DNA of 32,159 nt, taken from assembly GCF_016632315.1 (NCBI RefSeq), contig NZ_JAEOXH010000002.1:1-32159 (forward strand), in the 5' to 3' direction. The notes beneath the pieces were generated by a model. That model saw only the letters and a program-made list of their open reading frames with translations. It did no database searches and was not told where the DNA came from. This DNA comes from Oxynema sp. CENA135. GTDB lineage: Bacteria; Cyanobacteriota; Cyanobacteriia; Cyanobacteriales; Laspinemataceae. Positions within the stretch are counted from its first letter, which is position 1. Every line of letters starts with the position of its first letter. Made by a program: the position numbers and the translations under genes. Below, piece after piece: positions 8,520 through 18,617 of this stretch.

Positions 8520-11393
8520 ATGAAAGTTTTGTCTTTGGCGATCGCGGGAATCTATTTATGGTTAGAAGTGGGGGCGTCTGCTAGCGCCCGCACCTTTCGC
8601 GAAGGGGAATCGCCGCGCTTTGAGGTTCCGATAGAACTGGCTGAAAATACGGAATCTTCGCCATCTGAAACGGAAGAAGAATCTGAGGAGGAATCTCCGT
8701 TAAAACCCTTCGATGAAGTGACGAAGGACTTAGAAAAGATTGAGGGCTTATTAACCTTTTATCGAAATGTAGAAAAAGAAGAGATCTATTTAGAAATTCA
8801 ACCGGAACAGCTCGATCGCAACTTCCTGGCGATCGCGACGATCTCTTCGGGAATTGGTTCGCTCGGACTCTATCGTGGCTTACCCCTTTCCGATTTTATC
8901 TTTCAATTTAAACGCAGAAATTATAAAATTGATGTCGTCGTTCCCAATACCTTATTTCGTACCCAAGCGGGGGATCCGCAATGGCGATCGCGCGATCGCT
9001 CGTTCAGCGATTCGCCGATTTACACCTTACCTTTAACTAGTATTCATCCGGAACGAAACAGCCTATTAGTCGATTTCAAACCCTTTTTGATGGGAGAGGG
9101 GGGCAGTTTGAGCACGGCGATCGCCTGGAGCTTAGGAGATCTGTATACATTAAATAACGAGACCTCCTATCTCGATCGCGTCCAAGGTTTCCCCGAAAAT
9201 GCCGAAATCGAGACGGTCTACGGCTTTTCCGGTCCGATGTCCTGGTTGGGTCCGGCGACGGTTCCCGACCCGCGCGCCTTCCAATTAAAAATTCGCACGA
9301 GTTTATCGCTCTTACCGACGAACAACGGTTATCGTCCGCGTTTGGCGGACGATCGCCTCGGCTATTTTCTCACGACTTATCAAAATCTCTCCAATTCTCG
9401 CAAACCGGATCCGTTCGTCAACTATATCAATCGCTGGCACTTAGAAAAACAAAACCCCAGCGCGCCCCTGTCGCCGCCAAAACAGCCGATCGTCTTTTGG
9501 ATAGACAACGCGGTTCCCCTCGCCTATCGCGACGCCATCCGCGAGGGCATTTTAATGTGGAATGACGCTTTCGAGCAAGCGGGATTTATCGGGGCGATCG
9601 AGGCGCGACAAATGCCCGATCGCCCGGACTGGGATCCGGCAGACGTGCGATACAACGTTATCGTCTGGTCGAATACTCTCGACTCCTGGTTTGCGGGGAT
9701 CGGGCCGTCGCGGGTCAACCCGTTAACGGGGGAAATCTTGGACGCCGACGTCATTTTAGATGGGGGAATCGTGCGCCAGATCCGGGAACAATACGGGGCC
9801 TTAGCCGATGGCGATCGCGCCCTCGTCAATCCCCTCACCTGCGAATTGGGGGCAGAAATTTCTCACTTCATCGATCGCCAGCTTCCGAGTCCGATCGCCG
9901 CCCAACTGCAACAATCCAACCCGGCGTCCCTCTCCCAACTGCGCGCCCTGGCGCAAATTCGAGGCGATCGTCGTCCTTGCTTCGCCCTCGCCGCGACCAA
10001 CCAAGCCCGTTTCGGCGCCTTAGCCCTGAGTACCTTACACGACGTGCTACCGAATCAGGACGAAATGGAACTGTACGTGCATCAGTTCGTGCGCTGGCTG
10101 ACCGCTCACGAGGTCGGTCACGTGTTGGGATTGCGCCACAACTTCCAAGGTAGCACCTGGCGTATGCCGGAAGACTTGAACAACGTGCTACTGACGCGCA
10201 ACGAGGGCATGGTCGGCTCGGTGATGGACTACGTGGCGGTCAACATCGCCCCGGAAGGAGTGGAACAAGGGGACTACTTCCCGGTTATCGTCGGTCCTTA
10301 CGATCGCTGGGCGGTGGAATACGGCTATCGGCCCATCGACGCCCCCACGCCGGAATTAGAACGGGATGTGCTGCAAGAGATCGCCCGCCGCGCGCCGCAA
10401 CCGGGCTTAGAGTATGCTACCGACGAAGACAGCATGGATTTAGTCTATCCCGATAGTAACTTGTGGGATTTGAGCGGCGATCCGTTGCGCTATTCCCAAT
10501 GGCAAATGGATAACGCCCGCCAAGTGTGGGACAAATTGGACCGAAGATACCCCCTTCCGGGAGAAAGTTACAGCGAACTGCGCGATCGCTTCCACATGGT
10601 CTTAAATTACTATTTCGGTTACGCTTACGACCTCACGCGCTATATCGGCGGTCAACGTTTCCACCGCCACCATGCGGGAGATCCGGGGGCGAAAGCGCCG
10701 TTTGAAGCGATCGCCGTGGAACGACAACGGGAAGCCCTGGCAGCGATCGGCGATCGCGTGTTTGCGGAAGATGCCTTTAACTTTTCCCCGGAAACGATCG
10801 CCCGTTTGGCGCCGGATCGCTGGGATCATTGGGGCAATTGGATCGTCTGGGAACGTTTGGACTATCCCTTGTTCGATCGCCTCTTAGGACACCAAACCTT
10901 AATTTTGAGTAACTTACTCTCTGCGGATCGGCTCAATCGCTTGCGCGACGCGGAACTGAGCAATCCCCATGGGGACAGTCTGCGCTTGGGAGAACTGTTC
11001 GAGACCTTGCGGGGGCAAATTTGGAGCGAACTGTCCGACGATCGCGATCCGCGTCGGGAAATTACGGTGTTGCGGCGCGGTTTGCAACGGGAACACTTGA
11101 ATATACTGCTGCACATGGCCTTGCGAACGAATATCGAGGCGGCAATGGAGGCGACCAGCTTTTTAGATTTGATAATCGCCTTACGCACCCTCGATCCGCC
11201 GGAAGATGCCCGGGCTTTGGCGCGCTACCAATTGCGAGACCTGCACGCGGCGATCGATCGCCGTTTGGATAAGGAGGGCAAACGGCTGGACTTGCAAACT
11301 CGGGCCCATTTAGAAGAAGCACGCGATCGCATTGCCAAAGCACTAGAAGCGCCGATGCGGGCGAAAGAGGTCGCGCACAAACCTGCTAACTGA
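8520..11393 (+). CDS. Secreted zinc-dependent metalloprotease (zincin HExxH; DUF5117/DUF4953-type large metallopeptidase).
   Basis: 957 aa. The N-terminal signal peptide is MKVLSLAIAGIYLWLEVGASASA. An acidic linker follows. The zincin active site is HEVGHVLGLRHNF (HExxHxxGxxH). A GGGG RBS lies ~10 nt upstream of the ATG. Confidence 0.8.
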   Translation: MKVLSLAIAGIYLWLEVGASASARTFREGESPRFEVPIELAENTESSPSETEEESEEESPLKPFDEVTKDLEKIEGLLTFYRNVEKEEIYLEIQPEQLDRNFLAIATISSGIGSLGLYRGLPLSDFIFQFKRRNYKIDVVVPNTLFRTQAGDPQWRSRDRSFSDSPIYTLPLTSIHPERNSLLVDFKPFLMGEGGSLSTAIAWSLGDLYTLNNETSYLDRVQGFPENAEIETVYGFSGPMSWLGPATVPDPRAFQLKIRTSLSLLPTNNGYRPRLADDRLGYFLTTYQNLSNSRKPDPFVNYINRWHLEKQNPSAPLSPPKQPIVFWIDNAVPLAYRDAIREGILMWNDAFEQAGFIGAIEARQMPDRPDWDPADVRYNVIVWSNTLDSWFAGIGPSRVNPLTGEILDADVILDGGIVRQIREQYGALADGDRALVNPLTCELGAEISHFIDRQLPSPIAAQLQQSNPASLSQLRALAQIRGDRRPCFALAATNQARFGALALSTLHDVLPNQDEMELYVHQFVRWLTAHEVGHVLGLRHNFQGSTWRMPEDLNNVLLTRNEGMVGSVMDYVAVNIAPEGVEQGDYFPVIVGPYDRWAVEYGYRPIDAPTPELERDVLQEIARRAPQPGLEYATDEDSMDLVYPDSNLWDLSGDPLRYSQWQMDNARQVWDKLDRRYPLPGESYSELRDRFHMVLNYYFGYAYDLTRYIGGQRFHRHHAGDPGAKAPFEAIAVERQREALAAIGDRVFAEDAFNFSPETIARLAPDRWDHWGNWIVWERLDYPLFDRLLGHQTLILSNLLSADRLNRLRDAELSNPHGDSLRLGELFETLRGQIWSELSDDRDPRREITVLRRGLQREHLNILLHMALRTNIEAAMEATSFLDLIIALRTLDPPEDARALARYQLRDLHAAIDRRLDKEGKRLDLQTRAHLEEARDRIAKALEAPMRAKEVAHKPAN

Positions 11394-13854
11394 GGGCGGA
11401 ACACTGCTGCTGGAGGAAGTTGCGAACGGCTTCGGCAGAATCGAGTTGCAAGGCGGTGGCGGCGATCGCCTCGGCTTCGGGAACGCTAAAACGGGCGATC
11501 GCGGCTTTGACGGCGGCGATCGCCCGGGGGTTGAGGCTCAATTCGGCGATGCCCAAACCGACGAGAAGGGGGACCGCCGCCGGATTGGAAGCCAACTCGC
11601 CGCAGACGGCGACGGGAACCCCTACAGCCCCGGCGGCGCGGGTGGTCTGGGCGATCGCGCGCAACACGGACGGTTCGAGGACGTTGGCGAAAGGAGACAC
11701 TTGAGGGTTGGTGCGATCGGCGGCGAGATAATATTGGGTCAGATCGTTGGTTCCGATACTGAAAAAGTCTACCTCGGCGGCGAAGCGATCGGCGATCGCC
11801 ACGGCGGCGGGAATTTCGACCATCATCCCCACGGCGATCGCCCGGTTGTACGCCCGGTCTTCCCCGTCGAGTTCGGCTTTGGCGCGATCGAGCAGGGCTT
11901 TGGCGGCGCGCCATTCGGCTAAGGTGGCGACGGTGGGAAACATCACTTTAATTTGGCGTCCGTGACTGGCTTTTAAAATTGCGCGCAACTGAGTTTTAAA
12001 CAGATCCGGGCGATCGAGGAGCAGGCGGATACCGCGCAAGCCCAAAAAGGGGTTATTTTCCGGCGGTAACTGCAACCAGGGTAAAGGTTTGTCCCCGCCG
12101 ACATCTAGGGTGCGAATCACCGTGGGCCGATTTTTAAAAATATCGGCGATCGCCCGATAGACTTGTGCTTGTTCTTCTTCGCCCGGGGGAATCGGGCGAT
12201 CGAAATAAAAAAACTCGGTTCGCAACAGGCCCACCCCTTCGGCGCCGCTATTGCGCGCCAGTTGGGCATCGGGGATCCCCATTACGTTAGCGAGGAGGGT
12301 AACGCGCCGTCCGTCGCGGGTTTGGGTCGGCGAGGGGGCGATCGCCCGAGGTTCGCTCACCTGTCGTTTGGCGGCGAGGGTGCGACGGCGATCGCGATCG
12401 GGTTCGACCCACACTTCTCCCGTGTCGCCGTCGAGGGCGATTTCGGTGCCGTCGGCAACCCCCGCGAGGCGATCGCCGAGTCCCATCACCGTCGGAATGC
12501 CGAGGTTTCGGGCTAAAATCGCGCTGTGAGAATTGGCACTGCCTCCGGTGGTGCAGATGCCTAAAATCACTTTGGGATCGAGTTGGGCGACTTCGGAAGG
12601 GGTCAGGTCTCCCGTCAGCAAAATCCCCGGATCCCTCAGTTCGAGGCGGACGCTACTATTGCCGGATAAGGCGCGCAAAACGCGAATGCCGATATCGTTT
12701 AAATCGCTCGATCGCGCCTGGAGATAGGGGTCGTCGAGAGTTTGATAGCGCCTTACGGTCTCGTCGATCGCCCGCTTCCACGCCGCGATCGCCCCGTATT
12801 TTTCCACAAAAATATCGTGACGGATCCCTTTCCAGAGGTAGGGATCTTGCAAGTATAACTGATGGGCCTCGAAAATCGCCCCAGTTTCCGGGGAAGACAT
12901 GGCATTAGCGAGCATCTGCATTTGACGGCGGGCATTTTGTACCGCCAATTGCAACGTATCCCACTCACTTTCCGGGTCTTCTGCCATCCCTTCGCGCACT
13001 TCCGGCAGTACGGGGTGATAGCGAACGAGTGGCCCGAGGGCGACTCCCGGCGAGGCGGCGATCCCCTGGACGCCTTCCCCGGTCGGGGCGATCGGCGCGC
13101 TGGTGGCGGCTTCCGGGGCGTCGGCGTTCCCTTCGTGAAAGTTGCACTGGATCAGTTCTTTCAAAGCTTGCACGGCGTTCCCGGCGTCGATTCCCCGGGC
13201 GGCGATCGCGATTTCGTCCCCCTGACGCACCCCCAAGGTCATCAGTTGGATGATACTTTTCCCGTCGATCGCCTCGGACGAGCGCCTGAGATTGCTGACG
13301 GCGATCGACGCGGTAAATTGTGAGGCGATTTGGACGAACAGGGCGGCGGGTCGGGCGTGAATGCCGAGGCGGTTGCAGACCGTGAGACGCAGTTGTGAGG
13401 TCGGCTCCCCCGTCGTGGCGTTGGGCGCGGGTCGGGACGCGGTTTCGATTCCGAGTTGGGAGGCTTTCGGGGTCAGGGCGCTGCGGGCTTCGGCGATCGC
13501 GCGATCGAGGTCCGCCCCGGTGGAGACCGCCACGGCGGCGGCGATCGCCCCTTCGACTAAAGGAGCTTCGCACAATCGCACCCGGGAACGGCGATCGGCC
13601 TCTAAAAATTCTAAGGCCATTTCCGCACTCATCACCGCACTGCCCAAGTCCATTAACAGCAACACCCCCTCGCCGCGATCTGCCGCTTCGATCGCCGCCA
13701 GCACGCGCATCGGGTCGGTTCCAAAGGGATTTTCCGGGTCGTCTATCCCCGCCGCGATCGCGATCTCTACCGCCGATCCGACCATTTGCCGTGCCAGTTC
13801 TCGCACGGCGGCAGCTAATTTCTCGCTGTGAGAAACAATAACAATTCCAACCAT
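11386..13854 (-). CDS. dhaM: Multiphosphoryl transfer protein DhaM. It is an EIIA(Man)-like DhaM domain + HPr domain + PTS Enzyme I domain fusion, and is the PEP-dependent phosphoryl donor for DhaK/DhaL.
   Basis: The N-terminus MVGIVIVSHSEKLA is the DhaM/EIIA-Man fold with a phospho-His region. The central HPr-like LTVCNRLGIHARPAALFV has the His15-equivalent GIHARP. The C-terminal Enzyme I part has GGSANSHSAILARNLGIPTV (phospho-His), IGTNDLTQY and AVCGELAS. The ATG is at 13854. Confidence 0.85.
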   Translation of the reverse strand: MVGIVIVSHSEKLAAAVRELARQMVGSAVEIAIAAGIDDPENPFGTDPMRVLAAIEAADRGEGVLLLMDLGSAVMSAEMALEFLEADRRSRVRLCEAPLVEGAIAAAVAVSTGADLDRAIAEARSALTPKASQLGIETASRPAPNATTGEPTSQLRLTVCNRLGIHARPAALFVQIASQFTASIAVSNLRRSSEAIDGKSIIQLMTLGVRQGDEIAIAARGIDAGNAVQALKELIQCNFHEGNADAPEAATSAPIAPTGEGVQGIAASPGVALGPLVRYHPVLPEVREGMAEDPESEWDTLQLAVQNARRQMQMLANAMSSPETGAIFEAHQLYLQDPYLWKGIRHDIFVEKYGAIAAWKRAIDETVRRYQTLDDPYLQARSSDLNDIGIRVLRALSGNSSVRLELRDPGILLTGDLTPSEVAQLDPKVILGICTTGGSANSHSAILARNLGIPTVMGLGDRLAGVADGTEIALDGDTGEVWVEPDRDRRRTLAAKRQVSEPRAIAPSPTQTRDGRRVTLLANVMGIPDAQLARNSGAEGVGLLRTEFFYFDRPIPPGEEEQAQVYRAIADIFKNRPTVIRTLDVGGDKPLPWLQLPPENNPFLGLRGIRLLLDRPDLFKTQLRAILKASHGRQIKVMFPTVATLAEWRAAKALLDRAKAELDGEDRAYNRAIAVGMMVEIPAAVAIADRFAAEVDFFSIGTNDLTQYYLAADRTNPQVSPFANVLEPSVLRAIAQTTRAAGAVGVPVAVCGELASNPAAVPLLVGLGIAELSLNPRAIAAVKAAIARFSVPEAEAIAATALQLDSAEAVRNFLQQQCSALS

Positions 13855-13924
13855 AACCCTGTTGTGCTATCAGTCTGCCGATCGCCATCTGCCGAGTGGA
13901 TGTTCGCGGCAGAAGATCGCTCCT

Positions 13925-15376
13925 TCAGTCCTCTCCTTCATTCAAGGCGTCGAATTGGTCGCGATCGATCCGACCGAGATCGTATAAAGTTTTGACAATC
14001 TCCGAAATCGACAACACCGAATGAGCGCGATATCCCGCCTGTTGCAAGCGGTCTTTCACCCCTTTTTCGTGGTCGATAAACACGACGATATCTTCCACCT
14101 TCAACCCCGTCGATTCTAACTTTTGCGCTCCTTCGATCGCGCTTTTTCCCGAAATTAAAATATCGTCAATCACCACTACGGTTTCTCCTGGGTTGAAATT
14201 CCCCTCGACCAGACGCCGCGTTCCGTGAGCTTTGACCTCTTTGCGCGGAAAAATCATCGGATGATTTAACTTTAGCGCCAATCCCGTTGCCGTCGGCAAG
14301 GCGCCGTAAGGAATTCCGGCGATCCGATCGAACTTTAACCCTCGGACGATTTCGGCATAAGCATTAATAATTTTATCAAAAATTTGGGGATTCGAGATAA
14401 TTTTTCTCAAGTCGATATAGTAAGGAAAAATCGATCCCGAAGCTTGTACGTATTCGCCAAATAAAATACAACCAATATCGTACAGTTGTAAGATCAAATC
14501 CGCGTGGGGATGGCGATCGCCCGGCGGCAGATCCGGCAACCAGACCGGACAGGCTTGCACCTCGTGAGGGAGGCGAATTCGCACTTGATTGACCGTTTCG
14601 CGCAATCCGGCGACCAACGCCTTCAAATTCGGACTGGCGAGCCAATCTTGGGGGATCGGCACGATCGCCCCGGCCCCGGTCGCGTTCAAGCCTGCGGCTA
14701 AAATCTGCTCTAAATTGCTCCCTTCCGCCCAAATACTGCGAAGTAACAGGGGCCTTTCCGGGGCGATCGCCCGTACCCGCGCCAATGCTTCCGGTTGCGC
14801 CGTCCCCACTTCTAACGCCACTTGTTCCGGGGTTCCCCAGGTTTGCACTTCTGCGACCAAATGCAGGTAAAAGGGGGATTGAGGACGGGGAAACTCCTGC
14901 AGGGAGACCGCCGCCGGGTTCGAGGTGTGACAGAGGACGAAAATTGCCTTATCCGGGTAGAGGAGAAACGGCGCCGCTAAATCCTGTCCGGGATAGGGAC
15001 TTAAGGTCACTGCATCGACCTGCCAGCGATCGAAAATCGTGCGTGCGAATAGGGTGCTACTGTTGAGATCGCCGTGTTTCGCGTCTAGAATCACCGGAAT
15101 TTCCGAGGGAATCCGGCTTAGAATGCGTTCGAGTAAGGCCATTCCCGGCGGCCCCAAAGCGGTGTAAAATCCCAAGGTCGGCTTGTAGGCGCAAACCGCA
15201 TCTTTCGTGTGAGCGATCGCCTCTTTCAACCAAATTTCGCACTTTTGTACTAACTCGTCGAGATCCCGAGGGGAACCGAAGCGAGACGGTAATGTTTCCG
15301 CACTCGGATCGAGTCCGACGCACAACAGGCTTTGATTGCAGTCAATGGCGGTTTGTAATTTTTCAGCAAAATTCAT
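13925..15376 (-). CDS. pyrFE: Bifunctional orotidine-5'-phosphate decarboxylase / orotate phosphoribosyltransferase (PyrF-PyrE fusion).
   Basis: The N-terminal half has LCVGLDP...ILDAKHGDLNSST, a type-2 OMP decarboxylase. The C-terminal half has the PRPP-binding motif VVVIDDILISGKSA of the OPRTase. 483 aa. Confidence 0.85.
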   Translation of the reverse strand: MNFAEKLQTAIDCNQSLLCVGLDPSAETLPSRFGSPRDLDELVQKCEIWLKEAIAHTKDAVCAYKPTLGFYTALGPPGMALLERILSRIPSEIPVILDAKHGDLNSSTLFARTIFDRWQVDAVTLSPYPGQDLAAPFLLYPDKAIFVLCHTSNPAAVSLQEFPRPQSPFYLHLVAEVQTWGTPEQVALEVGTAQPEALARVRAIAPERPLLLRSIWAEGSNLEQILAAGLNATGAGAIVPIPQDWLASPNLKALVAGLRETVNQVRIRLPHEVQACPVWLPDLPPGDRHPHADLILQLYDIGCILFGEYVQASGSIFPYYIDLRKIISNPQIFDKIINAYAEIVRGLKFDRIAGIPYGALPTATGLALKLNHPMIFPRKEVKAHGTRRLVEGNFNPGETVVVIDDILISGKSAIEGAQKLESTGLKVEDIVVFIDHEKGVKDRLQQAGYRAHSVLSISEIVKTLYDLGRIDRDQFDALNEGED

Positions 15377-15579
15377 CGCGATTTAGGTGAGAGGGAATGA
15401 GAGAGGGCTTCTCAACGCCAGGGCGTTCGCGAAGCGGCTCCCTTGGAGCATCGCCTCGCCGTCGATCGGACTTCATTGTACTTAAAGGGTCGATGTTGAT
15501 AGAATACCCCCCAATGGGTAGATTTCGATCCAATGTGAAGCCGCGATCGTCGGATACGAAACCTCCAACAAAAGAACCA

Positions 15580-17502
15580 CTAAGCTGACAGTTGACGACC
15601 CGATTGTTGTTCTTTAATCCGTTCCAAACTCCCTGTAGGAATCGAATCGATCAACGATCGCGTATAGGTTTGTTGCGGTTGGCGATAAATTTGTTCCGCC
15701 GGGCCGATTTCCTCAATTTTCCCCTGATTCATCACCATAATGCGATCGCTCATAAACTTGACCACACTTAAATCGTGGGAAATGAAGATATAAGTTAACT
15801 CGAACTCCCGTTGCAACTCTTTTAATAAATTCAGCACCTGGGCTTGCACCGAAACATCCAACGCCGAAACCGACTCGTCGCAGATAATAAACTTCGGATT
15901 TAATGCCAAAGCCCGCGCAATGCAAACCCGTTGCCGTTGACCGCCCGAAAACTCGTGAGGATAGCGGTTCATCAACTCAGGATTTAAACCGACTCGTTCC
16001 AACAAATAGGCGGCGCGATCGCGGTGAGTGGCCTTTTTCTGCTTGGGAAAATGAATCCGCAACGGTTCCATCACCAACGCGCCGATATTCATACGCGGAT
16101 TGAGCGAACCGAAGGGATTTTGAAAGATAATTTGCATTTGTTGGCGCACTTGGCGCAGGGATAACCCCTCTAAATCGATTACATTTTTGCCGTCAAAAAT
16201 GACCTCGCCTCCCGTCGGTTCTACCAAGCGCAACAAACTGCGGGCTAAGGTAGTTTTGCCACAACCGGACTCGCCGACTAAACCGAGAGTTTCGCCCAAA
16301 TAGACCTCGAACGAAACCCCTTTGACCGCCATAAAATAGCGTTGCGTTTCGCCGAAAATGCCGCGAATGGGAAAGGCGACTTGCAAGTTATTCGCCGAGA
16401 GTAACACCCCGCGTTCTTGTAATTGATTCAAACGGCGATCGCTCTCGACAGCACTGATTTCTGTAGGGGGGGCTTCTGTAGGGGTTGCCCCTGCTGCCGC
16501 CGCTTCCGGGGTCGGCGATCGATCGGGGGATTTCGATCGCATTTCCACTTCCCCGGAGTCGTCGGTTACCTCTTCCATAAAATCGGCCACCGTGGGCAGG
16601 TAAACCAGGCGTTTGTCCGGTTGGGGACGACAGGCTAACAGTCCTTTTGTATAAGGATGTTGGGGATGGGCAAAAATATCGAACACCGAACCGGACTCGA
16701 CAATTTTGCCGCGATACATCACCGCCACGCGATCGGCAATTTCCGCAATCACGCCCAAATCGTGGGTAATAAAGATCATCGACATGCCCCGGGCGTCGCG
16801 CAACTCCCGCAATAATTGGAGAATCGAGGCTTGAACCGTCACATCTAAGGCGGTGGTCGGTTCGTCGGCTATTAATAGGGTAGGATTGCAAGCGATCGCC
16901 ATGGCAATCGTCACGCGCTGAATTTGACCGCCGGAGAGTTCGTGGGGATAGCGTTTGAGAATGGCGAGTTTGCGATCGTTAATGGCGCTGGCGATCTCGC
17001 GTTCGGTCATGCCCTCACCCCCGTCGAGACGGTCGCGCAACTGTTCGTCACTCGGGAGGAGTTTGACCTCTTGCAAGCGCGCCACCGCTTGTCTGCGGGC
17101 TTCCGAGACCGAGACCTTTTGGTGCATTAAAATGGCTTCGGTCATTTGGAAACCGATATCGTAGACCGGATTGAGGGCGCTCATCGGTTCCTGAAAAATC
17201 ATCGAAATCCGACTGCCGCGATAGGGTTGTTTTTCTTCCCGTGACAGGCGTTGCAAGTTCACCGGGTCGGCGGCGGCGTCGTCGCGAAACCAGATTTCGC
17301 CGTCGGCGACTTGACCGGGATTGGGGACCAATCCCATCACCGCTAAGGAGGTCACCGATTTTCCGGAACCGGACTCGCCGACAATGCCGAGGGTTTGACC
17401 GCGCCGAACCTCGAATGAAATCCCGTTAACGGCGGTAACGAGTTTTTCGTCGGTTTCAAATTGAACCTGCAAATTGCGAACGTCTAAAACCGTGTCACTC
17501 AT
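15580..17502 (-). CDS. Fused double ABC transporter ATP-binding protein (Dpp/Opp-type, GsiA/YejF-like tandem ATPase).
   Basis: It has two Walker A sites (GESGSGKSV and GESGCGKTT), two signature motifs (LSGGQIQR and FSGGQRQR), two Walker B sites ([12 protein letters not shown] and [12 protein letters not shown]), and Opp-type C-terminal extensions. No permease gene is adjacent in the window. Confidence 0.85.
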   Translation of the reverse strand: MSDTVLDVRNLQVQFETDEKLVTAVNGISFEVRRGQTLGIVGESGSGKSVTSLAVMGLVPNPGQVADGEIWFRDDAAADPVNLQRLSREEKQPYRGSRISMIFQEPMSALNPVYDIGFQMTEAILMHQKVSVSEARRQAVARLQEVKLLPSDEQLRDRLDGGEGMTEREIASAINDRKLAILKRYPHELSGGQIQRVTIAMAIACNPTLLIADEPTTALDVTVQASILQLLRELRDARGMSMIFITHDLGVIAEIADRVAVMYRGKIVESGSVFDIFAHPQHPYTKGLLACRPQPDKRLVYLPTVADFMEEVTDDSGEVEMRSKSPDRSPTPEAAAAGATPTEAPPTEISAVESDRRLNQLQERGVLLSANNLQVAFPIRGIFGETQRYFMAVKGVSFEVYLGETLGLVGESGCGKTTLARSLLRLVEPTGGEVIFDGKNVIDLEGLSLRQVRQQMQIIFQNPFGSLNPRMNIGALVMEPLRIHFPKQKKATHRDRAAYLLERVGLNPELMNRYPHEFSGGQRQRVCIARALALNPKFIICDESVSALDVSVQAQVLNLLKELQREFELTYIFISHDLSVVKFMSDRIMVMNQGKIEEIGPAEQIYRQPQQTYTRSLIDSIPTGSLERIKEQQSGRQLSA

Positions 17503-17843
17503 GAAGTGTATGCGGGTGGATTTGAGAGGATTTTAGCAAAATCAGGGAGTCCCCCGTCCGTAGGGCGGGCATCCGAACCGCTTGCCCAGCCCATCTCAAC
17601 TCTAAAATCTCAACGACACCGTGGGATCTACGGGGGCGCTCTCGATCGCCCAATTCTCTACCCACAGATAGATTCTCCAATAAAATCGTAGATCCGAGGG
17701 GACTTTTGATATAAAATTCTATCGTAATGTTGGAAAGCTGCCGCCGCGAGCGATCGCGCGCCGCTTGCCAACGCCGGACGAAGCCAAACTGCCCCGCGCA
17801 GATCGTCCCGCCTAAAGAGACTGGTTAGAGAGGATCGAACACT

Positions 17844-18446
17844 ATGGCTTACCAATTACCCGCCTTACCTTACGACTACACTGCCCTCGAACCCCATATT
17901 TCCAAGAGCACCTTGGAATTCCACCACGACAAGCACCACGCGGCTTACGTCAACAAATACAACGCCGCGATCGAAGGGACCGCTCACGCCAACCAGGCGA
18001 TCGAAGATGTCATTAAAGCCATCTACAACGACGAGTCCAAAGCTGGGCTGTTCAACAACGCCGCTCAAGCTTGGAACCACAGCTTTTACTGGAATTGCAT
18101 GAAACCCGGTGGCGGTGGCGAACCCACGGGCGCCCTGGCTGACAAAATCAAAGCCGATTTCGGGAGCTTCGACAAATTCAAAGAAGAACTCAAAAACGCC
18201 GCCGCCACCCAGTTCGGTAGTGGTTGGGCTTGGTTAGTACTCGACAACGGCACCCTCAAAGTCACCAAGACCCCCAACGCCGTCACCCCCATCGCCACGG
18301 GTCAAACTCCCTTGTTGACGATCGACGTTTGGGAACACGCTTACTATCTCGACTACCAGAACAAGCGTCCCGACTACATCGACACCTTCCTCAACAATCT
18401 GGTCAACTGGGATTTCGTCGCCGAACAACTGAAAGCCGCGATGTAA
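17844..18446 (+). CDS. sodB: Iron superoxide dismutase.
   Basis: 200 aa. It has HHDKHH, FNNAAQAWNHSFYW (the Gln/Ala pattern typical of Fe-SOD) and DVWEHAYYLDYQNKRPDY. Confidence 0.9.
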   Translation: MAYQLPALPYDYTALEPHISKSTLEFHHDKHHAAYVNKYNAAIEGTAHANQAIEDVIKAIYNDESKAGLFNNAAQAWNHSFYWNCMKPGGGGEPTGALADKIKADFGSFDKFKEELKNAAATQFGSGWAWLVLDNGTLKVTKTPNAVTPIATGQTPLLTIDVWEHAYYLDYQNKRPDYIDTFLNNLVNWDFVAEQLKAAM

Positions 18447-18482
18447 TCGTCATTTTGCTCGTCGAAGAGTCTTCGATTTCCA

Positions 18483-18510
18483 GTCCGCCGATTGAGGCGG
18501 GCTTTTTTTT
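18483..18510 (+). terminator. Rho-independent terminator of sodB.
   Basis: A GC stem ccgcc (18485-18489) / ggcgg (18496-18500), extendable to 7 bp, with a 6-nt loop gattga. It is followed by T8 (18503-18510). Confidence 0.7.
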
Positions 18511-18617
18511 GGGTTTTAGATTTTTTAGATTTTAGTGTCGGTAGGGAATTCCCGGCGAACGAGATAGGATTGAACGAAACGAATCTCGATGTGCGTTGAA
18601 TCAGTGGAGCAGGTGCG

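Noticed and set aside
11420-13888. Multiple long ORFs in alternative frames on both strands inside dhaM (e.g. 11446-11922 +, 11486-11914 -, 12862-13323 +, 12965-13888 -, 13361-13841 +)
   Set aside because: They are Arg/Gly/Pro-rich low-complexity translations typical of out-of-frame reading in GC-rich coding DNA. The in-frame 822-aa product has clear DhaM/HPr/EI motifs.
15397-15588. 63-aa plus-strand ORF between pyrFE and the ABC ATPase gene
   Set aside because: It overlaps the 3' end of the ABC ATPase gene and the pyrFE leader. It has no motifs and is probably spurious.
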